A stretch of DNA of 64,000 bases from an uncultured virus (IMG/VR IMGVR_UViG_3300037086_000332) (IMGVR_UViG_3300037086_000332), one strand, 5' to 3'. Positions 38,707-48,448 are shown, counted from the first letter of the stretch. The notes: generated by a model from the sequence alone, not told the origin. Numbers and translations: made by a program.

Positions 38707-39110
38707 TATTCTGTCCGTCTCAATAGAGTAAAAATAGCGTCAGCGTCTCTTTCAAGGAAAGCAAACATCAAACCCGATAGTCTCTCTTCAAATGCGAACC
38801 TTATCCATCTGCGCCATTGATTTTGTTTGAGAGAAAGAGCCAGACCAGTTGCTATCACTTCATACAGTTTCCTGGCTGCTGCTCTATAGGTTTCACATTT
38901 CATTACGTTGGCATATGGCCACGTCTCTACAGGGAAATTAGAAAGGCCTTTTAAAATCTCTAAACCAGGACTGTACTCATCATACATCATAAGTTTCTTT
39001 GGGCTTATAAATTGAGCCCATTGTTTACCTGTATGTAATATGTCAACATAATCACACTCACCAATGAGCATCTGTCCTTGTCCGTCGTCTTTACAAAAGA
39101 AAAACATCAA
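38706..39110 (-). CDS. Array-family-like protein
   Basis: WRRWIRFAFE. Confidence 0.55.
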   Translation of the reverse strand: MMFFFCKDDGQGQMLIGECDYVDILHTGKQWAQFISPKKLMMYDEYSPGLEILKGLSNFPVETWPYANVMKCETYRAAARKLYEVIATGLALSLKQNQWRRWIRFAFEERLSGLMFAFLERDADAIFTLLRRTE

Positions 39111-39482
39111 TTAGTCCTTGTAGAATTTGCTGTTGCCACCAAGAATATACCCAGGCCTTATTCTATCTGGCATTTTAATCTTTTTTCCAGCTTTATAGAA
39201 ATCATGTTCCTTTATAGAACCATCATCGTGCCAAGCCTTTCTTTCGCCACTAAGTTTTCCTTCTACATAATAGCAATGAAGGCCCAATTTACCATTTTCC
39301 CACCAACTCTTGTGTTCTCCGTGAGAGCGTTGATATTTGTAGTTTGTTATTACCGATAAGCTTCCTTTAGAATCCCATTGTACAATACGCCCTCGACCCT
39401 CTTTGTCATCAAACCGTATTTCAATAAGAGAATTGCCGAGTTTCTCAAAGATGTCCATAACAGCGTTTTGATGTAGGGTCAT
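39111..39482 (-). CDS. MORN-variant (YwqK-like) repeat protein
   Basis: HGEHKSWWENGKL...YVEGKLSGERKAWHDDG repeats. Confidence 0.7.
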   Translation of the reverse strand: MTLHQNAVMDIFEKLGNSLIEIRFDDKEGRGRIVQWDSKGSLSVITNYKYQRSHGEHKSWWENGKLGLHCYYVEGKLSGERKAWHDDGSIKEHDFYKAGKKIKMPDRIRPGYILGGNSKFYKD

Positions 39483-39745
39483 AGGTTGAACAACACCTTT
39501 ATCATATTTTTAGTTGATGCTTTGTTTTCAGCTATGGCATCCCATATTTCAGCCAATGTGTTTCTGTCTTTCACTTCACTCTGAAACATATGACGGCCAT
39601 AATGAGCTACACTTATCATTGAACCAGAAGTTAATCGATGAAATTCGAAAACAGTTGCCAGTCCTATATTGCCCTTGATATTATCGATTGGCATGACGTA
39701 ACCCGTTGAACCCACTATTCGATACCATTTGCCAATCTCAATCAT
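39479..39745 (-). CDS. Small array-family protein
   Basis: MIEIGKWY...TKNMIKVLF. Confidence 0.7.
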   Translation of the reverse strand: MIEIGKWYRIVGSTGYVMPIDNIKGNIGLATVFEFHRLTSGSMISVAHYGRHMFQSEVKDRNTLAEIWDAIAENKASTKNMIKVLFNL

Positions 39746-40113
39746 TTCTTCTTTGGCCTCTCTGGGTCAATTTTCTCTCTATCCACTTTGATGATTCTGA
39801 TTCCAAGAGTCTTGAAAAAGGCAGCTTTTCTCTTATCCCTTTCTTGTCGCTCCCCATGTCTATGAACTGAGCCATTTATTTCATAGGCGATTTTTCTCTT
39901 CTTGTTGAAGAAATCTGCGGTGAAATAAGAATGGCCCCATTTTTCTTCTCCACCAGGACCAGTGCCAAAATATTTGCCTCTTTCGAGAGTTGGATGTTTT
40001 TTACCAAAGACTAATTCGGCACTACTAGGCTCTCTGCCATTACCCCCTTTGACTGAGGCCCATCCATGTGCGATTTTTTTATTGAACTCTTCTAAGATGT
40101 CTTTTAGTTTCAT
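39742..40113 (-). CDS. DUF559/Vsr-like endonuclease
   Basis: FTADFF...IAYEINGSVH...ERDKRK...LGIRIIKV pattern. Confidence 0.7.
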   Translation of the reverse strand: MKLKDILEEFNKKIAHGWASVKGGNGREPSSAELVFGKKHPTLERGKYFGTGPGGEEKWGHSYFTADFFNKKRKIAYEINGSVHRHGERQERDKRKAAFFKTLGIRIIKVDREKIDPERPKKK

Positions 40114-40523
40114 CTCTTCACTCCACCCAATTTATCTGCCCAATTCTCTGGGTATCTCTGATAGTATCGAGATGCAAACTTCTCGTTGTTTTGAGAGATG
40201 ATATTAAACGTGATTGATGGAAGTCCAACTAGAATGAGATAGAGAGGTCCTAACATGAGATTTTGTTTGACATGACCAAACTCATGGTTTTTAGCATTGA
40301 ACTCACCATTTGTTTCCTCTTTGTAGAAGGTTGAAACTAGAATGTATTTTCCAAGAGAAACACCATAATACCATTGAATCCAATTGACTTGGCTCTCTAG
40401 TTTATAAGTCTCTACCGTTTTAACTTCCTTGGCCTTAATGAGTTTGATAATGAGACCGACCAAGGTCTGTGGCAGACACCAAGTGAAATAAACTATGTTT
40501 AGAAGAACAGATTTGATTTTCAT
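40110..40523 (-). CDS. Membrane-associated HExxH putative metallopeptidase
   Basis: WCLPQTLVG...VSLGKYI...HEFGHVKQ...LGPLY...YPENWAD. Confidence 0.65.
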   Translation of the reverse strand: MKIKSVLLNIVYFTWCLPQTLVGLIIKLIKAKEVKTVETYKLESQVNWIQWYYGVSLGKYILVSTFYKEETNGEFNAKNHEFGHVKQNLMLGPLYLILVGLPSITFNIISQNNEKFASRYYQRYPENWADKLGGVKR

Positions 40524-40810
40524 TTTACTTTGCCTCCCCATATTCTTAAATCATCAGAATCTCCAAAAATCATCTTTAAGCCATTTCGAATTTTTTTCTC
40601 ATCTGCTGGGAAAATACGAAAGTGTTCAACAAGATGTCCCATTCTCCATGATTCACATTCTGCCTCAGAAATGTCGAGTCTGACCGTGTCCATTGTGTCT
40701 TTATCATTTATCTTAGAAAATCCAAGAATGTGATAGAGGGTCATAGAATAAATAGGAGTTTTTGTCCAGAACCAGTCTCCTACACTCATATCATGACCAT
40801 TTATGTTCAT
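40520..40810 (-). CDS. Small array-family protein
   Basis: MSVGDWF...IRNGLKMIFG. Confidence 0.7.
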   Translation of the reverse strand: MNINGHDMSVGDWFWTKTPIYSMTLYHILGFSKINDKDTMDTVRLDISEAECESWRMGHLVEHFRIFPADEKKIRNGLKMIFGDSDDLRIWGGKVK

Positions 40811-41088
40811 AGACCAATCTCCGAATCAACATCTCGAACTGAAAAAAGTCCCTCTATGGCCTTGTGAAAAGCAATTGGTTTTACTGCAGTAAGTCCCTCC
40901 ACGGCATGCTGAAGAGCCTTTTTTGAATGTGTTCTCTGGTAGTAATTGAATCTAGAGACTCCTGCATCATTTTCATACTCAATTTTTTTGAAAGTAAGAT
41001 ACTTATCTTCACCTTTAATCTCATCAATTTTAGTAAGAGTTACTCTATAGGTGCCTATACCATTAAGAAGCCATACTCCAGTCTTCAT
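40807..41088 (-). CDS. Small array-family protein
   Basis: MKTGVWLLNG...FHKAIEGLF; resembles 41330..41611. Confidence 0.7.
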   Translation of the reverse strand: MKTGVWLLNGIGTYRVTLTKIDEIKGEDKYLTFKKIEYENDAGVSRFNYYQRTHSKKALQHAVEGLTAVKPIAFHKAIEGLFSVRDVDSEIGL

Positions 41089-41333
41089 TCAGTTCTCCAG
41101 GTTTTGCACTTGAACAACCATCGTACAAATGAACGCAGTTCGGCATCACTGACAATTCTTTCATTCCAAACATCTTTTTCTTCACGAAAGTTACGATTTA
41201 GAGTGAATATTTTGTCGTCCTTGTCAATAGTGAGCCCCTCATACCATATCATTCTTCCAGTGAGACGTGTAATAATAAACAATTGGATACCGCCTCGTCC
41301 ATTATAGCCAAAGAAACAATCTCCTATTTTCAT
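41085..41333 (-). CDS. Small array-family protein
   Basis: MKIGDCF...ELRSFVRWLF. Confidence 0.7.
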   Translation of the reverse strand: MKIGDCFFGYNGRGGIQLFIITRLTGRMIWYEGLTIDKDDKIFTLNRNFREEKDVWNERIVSDAELRSFVRWLFKCKTWRTE

Positions 41334-41611
41334 TCTATGTTCACCTTGAATTCGGTACTCATAAATAAATGAGCCAACATACTGTGCAAAAATGAAGATT
41401 CCGCCTCTCGACTATGTTCCAAAAAGTCTTTGTCAAATCCGGATTTGGATTCTTTTTGTTCTATGTAAGAAAAATACAATTTACCGCCACTTCGAAAACC
41501 AGTATCAATTCTCTTGATAATGATTTTGTTTGGGTCGTCTGTTTTCTCCCATTTTATCAGAGCTGTGGTAGTCACTCCAAGTCCGTGAAGGAGCCATTTT
41601 TCATAAATCAT
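41330..41611 (-). CDS. Small array-family protein
   Basis: WLLHGLG...LHSMLAHLF; AAGATAA 7 nt upstream. Confidence 0.7.
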   Translation of the reverse strand: MIYEKWLLHGLGVTTTALIKWEKTDDPNKIIIKRIDTGFRSGGKLYFSYIEQKESKSGFDKDFLEHSREAESSFLHSMLAHLFMSTEFKVNIE

Positions 41612-41675
41612 TCTAGAGTTATCTTGATTGGAGAAAGTCGTTCAGAGCAGTCTTTTAATTAGAGGAGATAGGAGG

Positions 41676-42326
41676 CTAGATTTTTTCAATAATGAAGGGT
41701 TTAGGACCTATGTGACCGCATGTTATTTTAGTGTCAGCAAAGATTTTTCCTTCTAATTTGAGCCATTTCCTACACATTACAATGTCTTCACTGATTAATT
41801 CTTCCTTATCGTCGATAAGCACTTCGAATACGGCCTTGGAAGAACTATCTCCATTATTATATGCTTGAGAGGAATTCCATAACTTTTTGATAGCCTTGCG
41901 ACTAATTCGCAAAAAACCACAGCCAATTCCATTAACTTCAAGCAGACCGTTTTCATCAGCTTTAGTATCTTTTTTCTCTTTGTATACTAGAATTTGATTC
42001 TTGTCATTCTTTTGACGGTATAGACCTCCGACCATATCAACCTCGTGGTCGAGCAGTCTGTAAAAATCTTTTGCATTCCAGAAAATATCAGCATCAATAA
42101 ATACCAGGTCATCAACACCATCTCCATTAAAAGCAGTTACAGCAAATTTAAATAAATCATTTCGAGCACGCTGAACTAAAGCGTCATTTGGTATGAAGAT
42201 TGGAAATATTTGCATATTCTGAGGTCTCATGTTTAAAGTCTCAATCAAGGAATTTACGTAAAGAACCTCTACCCTGCCATCATATGATGGTGTACCAATT
42301 ATTACGTTTCTCATATGTTTTTCCAT
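41676..42326 (-). CDS. GT-A fold glycosyltransferase-like protein
   Basis: IGTPSYDG...RARN...LVFIDAD (DxD)...GCGFLRI...SED...CGHIG. Confidence 0.75.
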   Translation of the reverse strand: MEKHMRNVIIGTPSYDGRVEVLYVNSLIETLNMRPQNMQIFPIFIPNDALVQRARNDLFKFAVTAFNGDGVDDLVFIDADIFWNAKDFYRLLDHEVDMVGGLYRQKNDKNQILVYKEKKDTKADENGLLEVNGIGCGFLRISRKAIKKLWNSSQAYNNGDSSSKAVFEVLIDDKEELISEDIVMCRKWLKLEGKIFADTKITCGHIGPKPFIIEKI

Positions 42327-42847
42327 CTCGAGGGCTTGACTGCTTTTAGAATAAAACCAAAGTCATCTTCACCATAAAAAACTCGAATAGTTGTAAAATC
42401 AGATTTGTAATAGAACGTATAGTCACTCATACCAGTGTTTCCACGCTGTCTGGTGTATTCATTTTGGTCTAGAAAAACGAAGCTTTCAGGCAAAATTACA
42501 CGTCGATGACCAGGGTCTGCCCATAGCCATTTGCTGTCATGCTTTGGGCAGATTCCACATAAAACCCCATCAGGTTTCAAAATTCTGTATATTTCAGAAA
42601 AATGGTCAAAAAATGATTTAAAGTCTCCCTGTTGTCCTAAGTGTTCCAATAGATTATAGGCGTGGACTTCATCATATGAATCGTTTTCAAATGGCCAAGG
42701 GAGCTCGTTCAAATTGTGCAGTACGTCTGGTTTTGATTCTTCTGTAAAATCACAGGTAGTAAGATTCGTAAAAAGAGGAAAACCAGGGTCTGGTACAACT
42801 TTTTTAGTCATATTGTGACCGCTTCCGAGCAACAACTGTTTTGACAT
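42311..42847 (-). CDS. SAM-dependent methyltransferase (type 11-like)
   Basis: LLLGSG...PDVLHNL...WPFENDSYDEV...LLEHL...EIYRILKPDG...DPGH. Confidence 0.8.
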   Translation of the reverse strand: MSKQLLLGSGHNMTKKVVPDPGFPLFTNLTTCDFTEESKPDVLHNLNELPWPFENDSYDEVHAYNLLEHLGQQGDFKSFFDHFSEIYRILKPDGVLCGICPKHDSKWLWADPGHRRVILPESFVFLDQNEYTRQRGNTGMSDYTFYYKSDFTTIRVFYGEDDFGFILKAVKPSRWKNI

Positions 42848-42913
42848 TATACAACAAAATATGCAGCAGTCATCATTTTACCAGTAGGCATACTTCTTCT
42901 AGAGAGGTGTTGT

Positions 42914-43252
42914 ATGAAGATATGGGAGAAGGCGATGGCTCTTTTGAAATCTGGAAAGATTGAGGAGAGCGACAAAGAGAGGTATCGGAGAGCCAATTTT
43001 AAGGCTATCGGCGTTCGACTCGGACAAATCTATTTTATCATCCTCCTGATAGTTGGTGGATTTGGAATGCTGTGTTTCGCTGTCGCTGCATTTGCAAATA
43101 AACCCTGTTTGCCAGTTTTAGGAGCCTTTCTTCTTGCTGCCCTTCCTGCTGCTATTTATTTCGGAGTGAGATTTGCTGGCCATCTGGAAACAATTGCCTC
43201 TGAACTGAGAAATGGAGCGGATGCATTGAAGAGTCCTTTCCATCGGAGATAG
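42914..43252 (+). CDS. Two-TM membrane protein (MKxWExA family, copy 1)
   Basis: MKIWEKAMALL plus two hydrophobic helices. Confidence 0.7.
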   Translation: MKIWEKAMALLKSGKIEESDKERYRRANFKAIGVRLGQIYFIILLIVGGFGMLCFAVAAFANKPCLPVLGAFLLAALPAAIYFGVRFAGHLETIASELRNGADALKSPFHRR

Positions 43253-43254
43253 TA

Positions 43255-43590
43255 ATGAAACGATGGGAAATGGCTCGTCAACTTTTGAAGACGGGAGATG
43301 TCAATTTAGAACTTGAAAGAAACTATCACAAACAAACTTTCATCACCATTTTATGGCGAGCCTTGCAAGTTGTTATGGTTATCGTTGGAATTGCTCTCGT
43401 CGTTGCGGCCATATATTGTGGAGTATGGTTGTGCCAAAATGATAGGGTGGATGTGGGAATATTAACTTTTGTTGAGGCAGTATTGGTAGGCCTTTTTTCA
43501 GGCATAATAGTCCTTGCCCTTCAAGGCAGATGTGAGCAAGAAAGAGATGAGATGAGAGATGCTCACTATGCTTATGAGAGAAGTCTATGA
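43255..43590 (+). CDS. Two-TM membrane protein (copy 2)
   Basis: MKRWEMARQLL plus two TM helices. Confidence 0.7.
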   Translation: MKRWEMARQLLKTGDVNLELERNYHKQTFITILWRALQVVMVIVGIALVVAAIYCGVWLCQNDRVDVGILTFVEAVLVGLFSGIIVLALQGRCEQERDEMRDAHYAYERSL

Positions 43591-43991
43591 AAAAATGGGA
43601 AATAGCTAAAAACCTTCTTGCTATAGGAGACAAGACTACGGTAGAGCAGAGGTTTAAGAAAAGATATGAAAGAACTACCGCGAGAGTAGTTGGTTTGAAG
43701 ATTGTCGACTTTATTTCTACGTTGGTCCTAGCCTGCTTTATTGCCTATGGGATAGGTACATTTATTTGGTGTTTCGCACATCAACATGCGGGCTGGGGAG
43801 TCATTGGAATTGTTGTGGTTGTGGCGGTTTGTTGGTTTGGAATGAAGGGCCTGTTAAAATTAACCAAACTTGTTGATATAAATCGACAAGAAACTCATGT
43901 TCTTTGGACCAAGCTCGAAAGACGAAAGTTCAACATTCCTGATTCAAACTACTACACAATAACTCGTTCAATGAAGAGATATAAGAAATGA
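43587..43991 (+). CDS. Two-TM membrane protein (copy 3)
   Basis: MKKWEIAKNLL plus two TM helices. Confidence 0.7.
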   Translation: MKKWEIAKNLLAIGDKTTVEQRFKKRYERTTARVVGLKIVDFISTLVLACFIAYGIGTFIWCFAHQHAGWGVIGIVVVVAVCWFGMKGLLKLTKLVDINRQETHVLWTKLERRKFNIPDSNYYTITRSMKRYKK

Positions 43992-44380
43992 AACGTTGGC
44001 AAGCGGCCAAAGCACTCCTTAACGATGAAATCACGATGCATCCATCTTACGTCTCCTTGCAGAAGGAACATGGTTCAATCGTGTTTCAAAAGCTCTTGTA
44101 CCGATTCATACAGGGTTATGTTGGATTAATGGGTCTCAACAGCATGATAGTGTTGGCCTACTTTGGTTCCAAAGCCATTCATGATGGTGAGATTGTTTTT
44201 GCAACGTGGTTTTTCATAGGTGTGTTGATAGTTCTGTTTATCATGCTCAAGATGGTCTTTAAATTGGATTCTAGTGCAGAAAGTCTTAAACAAGAAGCCA
44301 TCTCTATACAAAGCCAGCTCGTCTACAATCGGATATTAGACACGGAAAGACACAAGCAGAAGAAACAGGCGAGGTTTTAG
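43988..44380 (+). CDS. Two-TM membrane protein (copy 4)
   Basis: MKRWQAAKALL plus two TM helices. Confidence 0.7.
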   Translation: MKRWQAAKALLNDEITMHPSYVSLQKEHGSIVFQKLLYRFIQGYVGLMGLNSMIVLAYFGSKAIHDGEIVFATWFFIGVLIVLFIMLKMVFKLDSSAESLKQEAISIQSQLVYNRILDTERHKQKKQARF

Positions 44381-44410
44381 AGGCTTTCATAGATATGATA
44401 GAATGAACTC

Positions 44411-44863
44411 ATGAAAACACTACTAATAGCAATCTTCATGCTCTCTGCCACCTTGAGTTTCTCTCAGGTTAAGACTCCCGACGAGCTTATCATGTCGAAC
44501 CCCACGGTTCCTCCGATGGAAATCATGGGAGATTGGCAGTGGAGGTGGTTTTCTACCTCTGGTGACAAGACCGTGGTTGGACCCGTCGAACAGCTCTTCA
44601 TCAATGAAGTGGTGATTCGCATCAGTGATATGGACCGCAAGGGAAACTGGTCCCTCGTTGAGCAGAGAAGCTATGAGTGGGATGGTTCTTCTCTGGTCAC
44701 AAGAAACGATGATGGAAAGATGATTCTCTTTTCTTGTGAAACCTTCAAGACGATGACAAGGAATGACAAGACCTTCAATGGACTCTTCATTCGCGGAGAA
44801 GCCACTGTGAATGGGACCCACTATGTGATTTTCATCAGCGAGCTTCGCCCCAGCGACCGCTAA
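44411..44863 (+). CDS. Exported beta-rich (lipocalin-like) protein
   Basis: Signal peptide; IMGDW motif. Confidence 0.65.
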   Translation: MKTLLIAIFMLSATLSFSQVKTPDELIMSNPTVPPMEIMGDWQWRWFSTSGDKTVVGPVEQLFINEVVIRISDMDRKGNWSLVEQRSYEWDGSSLVTRNDDGKMILFSCETFKTMTRNDKTFNGLFIRGEATVNGTHYVIFISELRPSDR

Positions 44864-44875
44864 ATCGGAGAAACT

Positions 44876-45355
44876 ATGAAGAAGATGTTGTTAGTTCTTC
44901 TCATTGCATGCGCCGCAGTTGCGGCGTTTGCAGTTGATGTGGGTCATTCTCCATTCCTCGGAACTTGGAACGTCCAATGGTATGTAGAAGACCCCTCTCA
45001 GCCAAATCTCTATTGGCCTCTCATTGATTTGCACACAGTGTGGATTTTCACAGAAAAAACTCTCACTTATACCGACTATGATGTCTTTCTCATATCTGCG
45101 AAAAACAAAACAGTTTCATATGCCTACATCTGGAATGATTCCAATAGACCAATTGACCAACATCTCCACATCATAGGTGTGAATATCGATTTCACCTACA
45201 CTCGACTCTCTTCTACTTCTCAACTGGACTATCAAAATGGCAAGGGAGTAGTAAAGACAACTCCCACGGATGTCATTCGAGTCTTTATGCCAAAAACGAA
45301 GAATGTATCTGGTGGTAATGTCGCCTATATGTTGGAACTCACGAGAGTAAAGTGA
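44876..45355 (+). CDS. Exported beta-rich (lipocalin-like) protein
   Basis: Signal peptide ending AFA; PFLGTW motif; GGAG RBS. Confidence 0.65.
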   Translation: MKKMLLVLLIACAAVAAFAVDVGHSPFLGTWNVQWYVEDPSQPNLYWPLIDLHTVWIFTEKTLTYTDYDVFLISAKNKTVSYAYIWNDSNRPIDQHLHIIGVNIDFTYTRLSSTSQLDYQNGKGVVKTTPTDVIRVFMPKTKNVSGGNVAYMLELTRVK

Positions 45356-45615
45356 TTCGAAAAGCTCTGGGAAAGCTACTCTTCAATATTTTTGAACGCT
45401 CTGATGGGCGGGCATGCGAGCGAGCCATTGCCAACAAAACAGAGTTCAAATGTCGTGGACTCAGCTTGCACGAAAATCGACATCTATATTTTACGGCTGA
45501 AGCTCGTTCGAAGGACCATCCCAAAGACCTTCAGATGTGGTTCACCTATAGCAGGTTCTATCTCTATCTCATTTGGTACAAGTGCTGGAAACTCAAAGAG
45601 AGATTTTTAGACTAG
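45352..45615 (+). CDS. Hypothetical protein
   Basis: GTGA overlap with the upstream gene. Confidence 0.5.
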   Translation: MIRKALGKLLFNIFERSDGRACERAIANKTEFKCRGLSLHENRHLYFTAEARSKDHPKDLQMWFTYSRFYLYLIWYKCWKLKERFLD

Positions 45616-45678
45616 CTCGACAGACCATTCATAAGCCGACTTTTTTAGAGCAGTATCGACTTGTGTTAAGATATTCAT

Positions 45679-46029
45679 ATGAGAGAGATACCAGATGTCC
45701 CTCAGACAGAAGGAGAAGGACACAAACAGATGTTCATGTCGGAAAGCAGAACTATTTTCCGAACATGGACTGAAAATGATGAGCTCGCTGGATGGGATTT
45801 TGAAAGAGGTTCAGACATCATCTCTTGGAGATTGAACGAAGGAAGAGAGACATGGAGTCACATCTGGTATTTTGATTTTGATGGTAAGTGGGACTATTCT
45901 CCCAGACTCACAGACGAAAATGGAGTAGGTGGGAGCGACATTAAATCGTTTGAGATAAGCTTCTCTGAGCTCGACCCAAAAGTAAAAGAGATTGTGATTT
46001 CAAAAATGAAGGGGCATTTGAAAAAATGA
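45679..46029 (+). CDS. Hypothetical protein
   Basis: 116-aa ORF; AAGATAT variant motif upstream. Confidence 0.6.
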   Translation: MREIPDVPQTEGEGHKQMFMSESRTIFRTWTENDELAGWDFERGSDIISWRLNEGRETWSHIWYFDFDGKWDYSPRLTDENGVGGSDIKSFEISFSELDPKVKEIVISKMKGHLKK

Positions 46030-46589
46030 ACCAGCTTATACCTTTCTATCTAGGCAAAATCAAACACCCAACTTCAGGGCTTTCATTCTCTGAGATGCTC
46101 GACAAGAATGACATTTTCTTTCTTGGCACTCATAATTGGATAACTTGGTTTTTTCCTTCCAAAAAGCGTTCTTGTTCTCTAGATTCTATAATCGCGACCG
46201 AGGAAGAATTGGCAGAATTTCATACCAACATGGAGCTTCGCCGCAAACTCATTCTTGTTCTTCAGAGAGTTCTCAGCATCTATGGATTCGCCATCAGCAA
46301 AGAAGATGACAAACCAGCCATTGTTCGAACGGACCTCTATAACTTCAAGAAAGACAATTGGCTGACAGAGCTCAACCCAAACCAGAAACGCATCGCTCGC
46401 ATCCTCCAATCTCTCATGCTAGTAAAGATGAAGGACCTCGCAGAGATGTTTTTCCAGGCTCTGTTTAACAGCTATATAGAAGAGGGTCATGTCATCGAAT
46501 CTTCTATATTTGATTATTGGAGAGCAAGCATCGAAGACCCGGCTATTTGGAAGGCAGGAGGAAAGTATGGGCTTGCCGGTGGGTGGTAA
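46026..46589 (+). CDS. Opioid growth factor receptor (OGFr) conserved-region-like protein
   Basis: FYLG...HNWITWFFP...YGF...NQKRIARILQSL...YW, matching the HxxIQWLFP / NxxRITRILxSL family pattern. Confidence 0.75.
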   Translation: MNQLIPFYLGKIKHPTSGLSFSEMLDKNDIFFLGTHNWITWFFPSKKRSCSLDSIIATEEELAEFHTNMELRRKLILVLQRVLSIYGFAISKEDDKPAIVRTDLYNFKKDNWLTELNPNQKRIARILQSLMLVKMKDLAEMFFQALFNSYIEEGHVIESSIFDYWRASIEDPAIWKAGGKYGLAGGW

Positions 46590-46914
46590 GAAAAATACTT
46601 GCGAAGCTAGCCTAAAATTGGAAAAAGGTTGGCACGCCAAATGGCCTATTGGAGAAGCCATTGATACTTTTCTTAACCATCCAGAAGTGACGTCAAAAAT
46701 ATATTACGCAGAAACCGTTGCGAATCATACAATTCTAGGATTTTACATGGAAACTGGTTCACGTTTTCATGTTTGGCCAGAAAATGGTAAGTGGCTTGGA
46801 AGTGAAGATGCGGTTTGGAATACATCTACGCGGAAATATGAAGACCATCATGATTATGAGTGGCTTTCACTTGATGATGCTGTGGACCAACTAGATAAGT
46901 GGACTAATAGATGA
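46567..46914 (+). CDS. Hypothetical protein
   Basis: ORF starting MGLPVGG after GGAGG. Confidence 0.6.
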   Translation: MGLPVGGKKNTCEASLKLEKGWHAKWPIGEAIDTFLNHPEVTSKIYYAETVANHTILGFYMETGSRFHVWPENGKWLGSEDAVWNTSTRKYEDHHDYEWLSLDDAVDQLDKWTNR

Positions 46915-46917
46915 CGA

Positions 46918-47220
46918 TTATGGCTTCATCTCAAATATGACGCGAATGGTATCCTCTAGTTTATCAAAATAAACATCCGGAGTCCATTGATTTCCTCTAG
47001 TGAACACCGTTGTTTCTTCAAAGTCGAGAGAGAAATTAAACTTGCCCATCACTGATGACCTCTGCCTCATTGCCTCAACAGAAACAACTGTCATTTTTTC
47101 TCCGAATTGGTCAACAATTTTTACGCCTTTTGGAAATGGCTTGATGGTGATGCCATAAGAATCACCATAACCATTCTTGTTGAGAAAATTCATGAACTTC
47201 CATACTGTGTAGTGTTTCAT
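46918..47220 (-). CDS. Small array-family protein
   Basis: LEDTIRVIFE. Confidence 0.65.
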   Translation of the reverse strand: MKHYTVWKFMNFLNKNGYGDSYGITIKPFPKGVKIVDQFGEKMTVVSVEAMRQRSSVMGKFNFSLDFEETTVFTRGNQWTPDVYFDKLEDTIRVIFEMKP

Positions 47221-47232
47221 TTTGTATCTTTC

Positions 47233-47589
47233 TCAATCATAAGCAGCCTCAATAACTGGTCTCCCTCCCATCAACAGTTTCATCCAATGTTTAAATTGGC
47301 TCTCCTTAGCAGGAGAAAATTGGGAACGCCTGTCTGTAAACTCTGATGCTTGAAATTTTTTATTTGAGATAGAGAGAAAAATACCTTCTTTGTCGCTTAT
47401 GATTTGATACTGCATGCAATTATAGAACTGTCTCATATGTCTTACTTTGCCTGGTAACGGGTCTCCAACATTTCTCACTTCTTCTGAAAGAACATGGATG
47501 AGAAAAACTCGCGAGGCATTCCTAAGTTGGCTCAAAGGTTCTCTATGATACCAATTGCCTATTTTTGCAGGTGTATTCTCACTGCTCAT
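47233..47589 (-). CDS. Small array-family protein
   Basis: KIGNWY...FKHWMKLLM. Confidence 0.65.
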   Translation of the reverse strand: MSSENTPAKIGNWYHREPLSQLRNASRVFLIHVLSEEVRNVGDPLPGKVRHMRQFYNCMQYQIISDKEGIFLSISNKKFQASEFTDRRSQFSPAKESQFKHWMKLLMGGRPVIEAAYD

Positions 47590-47851
47590 CTTCTATAATC
47601 CTACCTTCGAAGATAGCCCTTATTATTCCTTGTGGAGCAGTATCAGGAGGTACGGCCTCTTCCATTTTCGTCAATTTGGCAAGTCCATTCAAGTAATAGG
47701 CCGAATATTTTCTTGACATCATGCCATAGTCAAATCTCAACTCACCATTATGCTGGACTATGAAGATGAATTCATCAGTTTGGAAAGGATAGTGGAACCA
47801 CTTTCCTACTACTCTTTCAGGATGTTTTTTCCAATTATCAGCAACCATCAT
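47579..47851 (-). CDS. Small array-family protein
   Basis: VVGKWF...QGIIRAIFE. Confidence 0.7.
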   Translation of the reverse strand: MMVADNWKKHPERVVGKWFHYPFQTDEFIFIVQHNGELRFDYGMMSRKYSAYYLNGLAKLTKMEEAVPPDTAPQGIIRAIFEGRIIEDEQ

Positions 47852-47860
47852 ATTGTGTAT

Positions 47861-48208
47861 CTACTTCTTTTCATAATAAAACCGTCCTTCTTCTCCAAAG
47901 ACCATGCTCATGAAAATGTGAAAATCTATTGGTCTAGCCTCTCGATAATATGCTGGGCTTATGAAATTTTCAGCTATAAGAGTCGATGACATTATTTTGA
48001 CTGAGCCCCTGTAGACCTTATGTAGTATACTTTCAACAGCGTGTTTATATCGTCCTCCAGTTCTACCAAATCTATCAGTCTCATATGGCTCACCAAGCAC
48101 CTTCACTAATTCATAATTATCTTTCGACATGTTGTCAGTACCAACATACCACTTTCCCTTTTGAGCAGGAATGATGTTTCCACCAGTTGGGTCTTTATCA
48201 AATCTCAT
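47861..48208 (-). CDS. Small array-family protein
   Basis: KGKWY...DFHIFMSMVFG. Confidence 0.7.
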   Translation of the reverse strand: MRFDKDPTGGNIIPAQKGKWYVGTDNMSKDNYELVKVLGEPYETDRFGRTGGRYKHAVESILHKVYRGSVKIMSSTLIAENFISPAYYREARPIDFHIFMSMVFGEEGRFYYEKK

Positions 48209-48426
48209 GTCATGCCCTCAAAAATGGTTGAAACAACTTCGTGAAAGTCCTTTCTTTTGGGTTCATAATCAGACCATTGTATGAAATCCAATTCCACATC
48301 AGGCCAGAACTTTGGCTCAAACACTCCTCCTTGGAACCACACAGTATCCCATCTGTCAAAACCTTTCTGTTCTATAATGTAGATATATTCCTTAGTGTCA
48401 TTTATGTACCAATCACCCACGTTCAT
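48205..48426 (-). CDS. Small array-family protein (YxP subgroup)
   Basis: MNVGDWY...YEPKRKDFHEVVSTIFE. Confidence 0.75.
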   Translation of the reverse strand: MNVGDWYINDTKEYIYIIEQKGFDRWDTVWFQGGVFEPKFWPDVELDFIQWSDYEPKRKDFHEVVSTIFEGMT

Positions 48427-48448
48427 GGTTGTATCCAATTGACCATAA

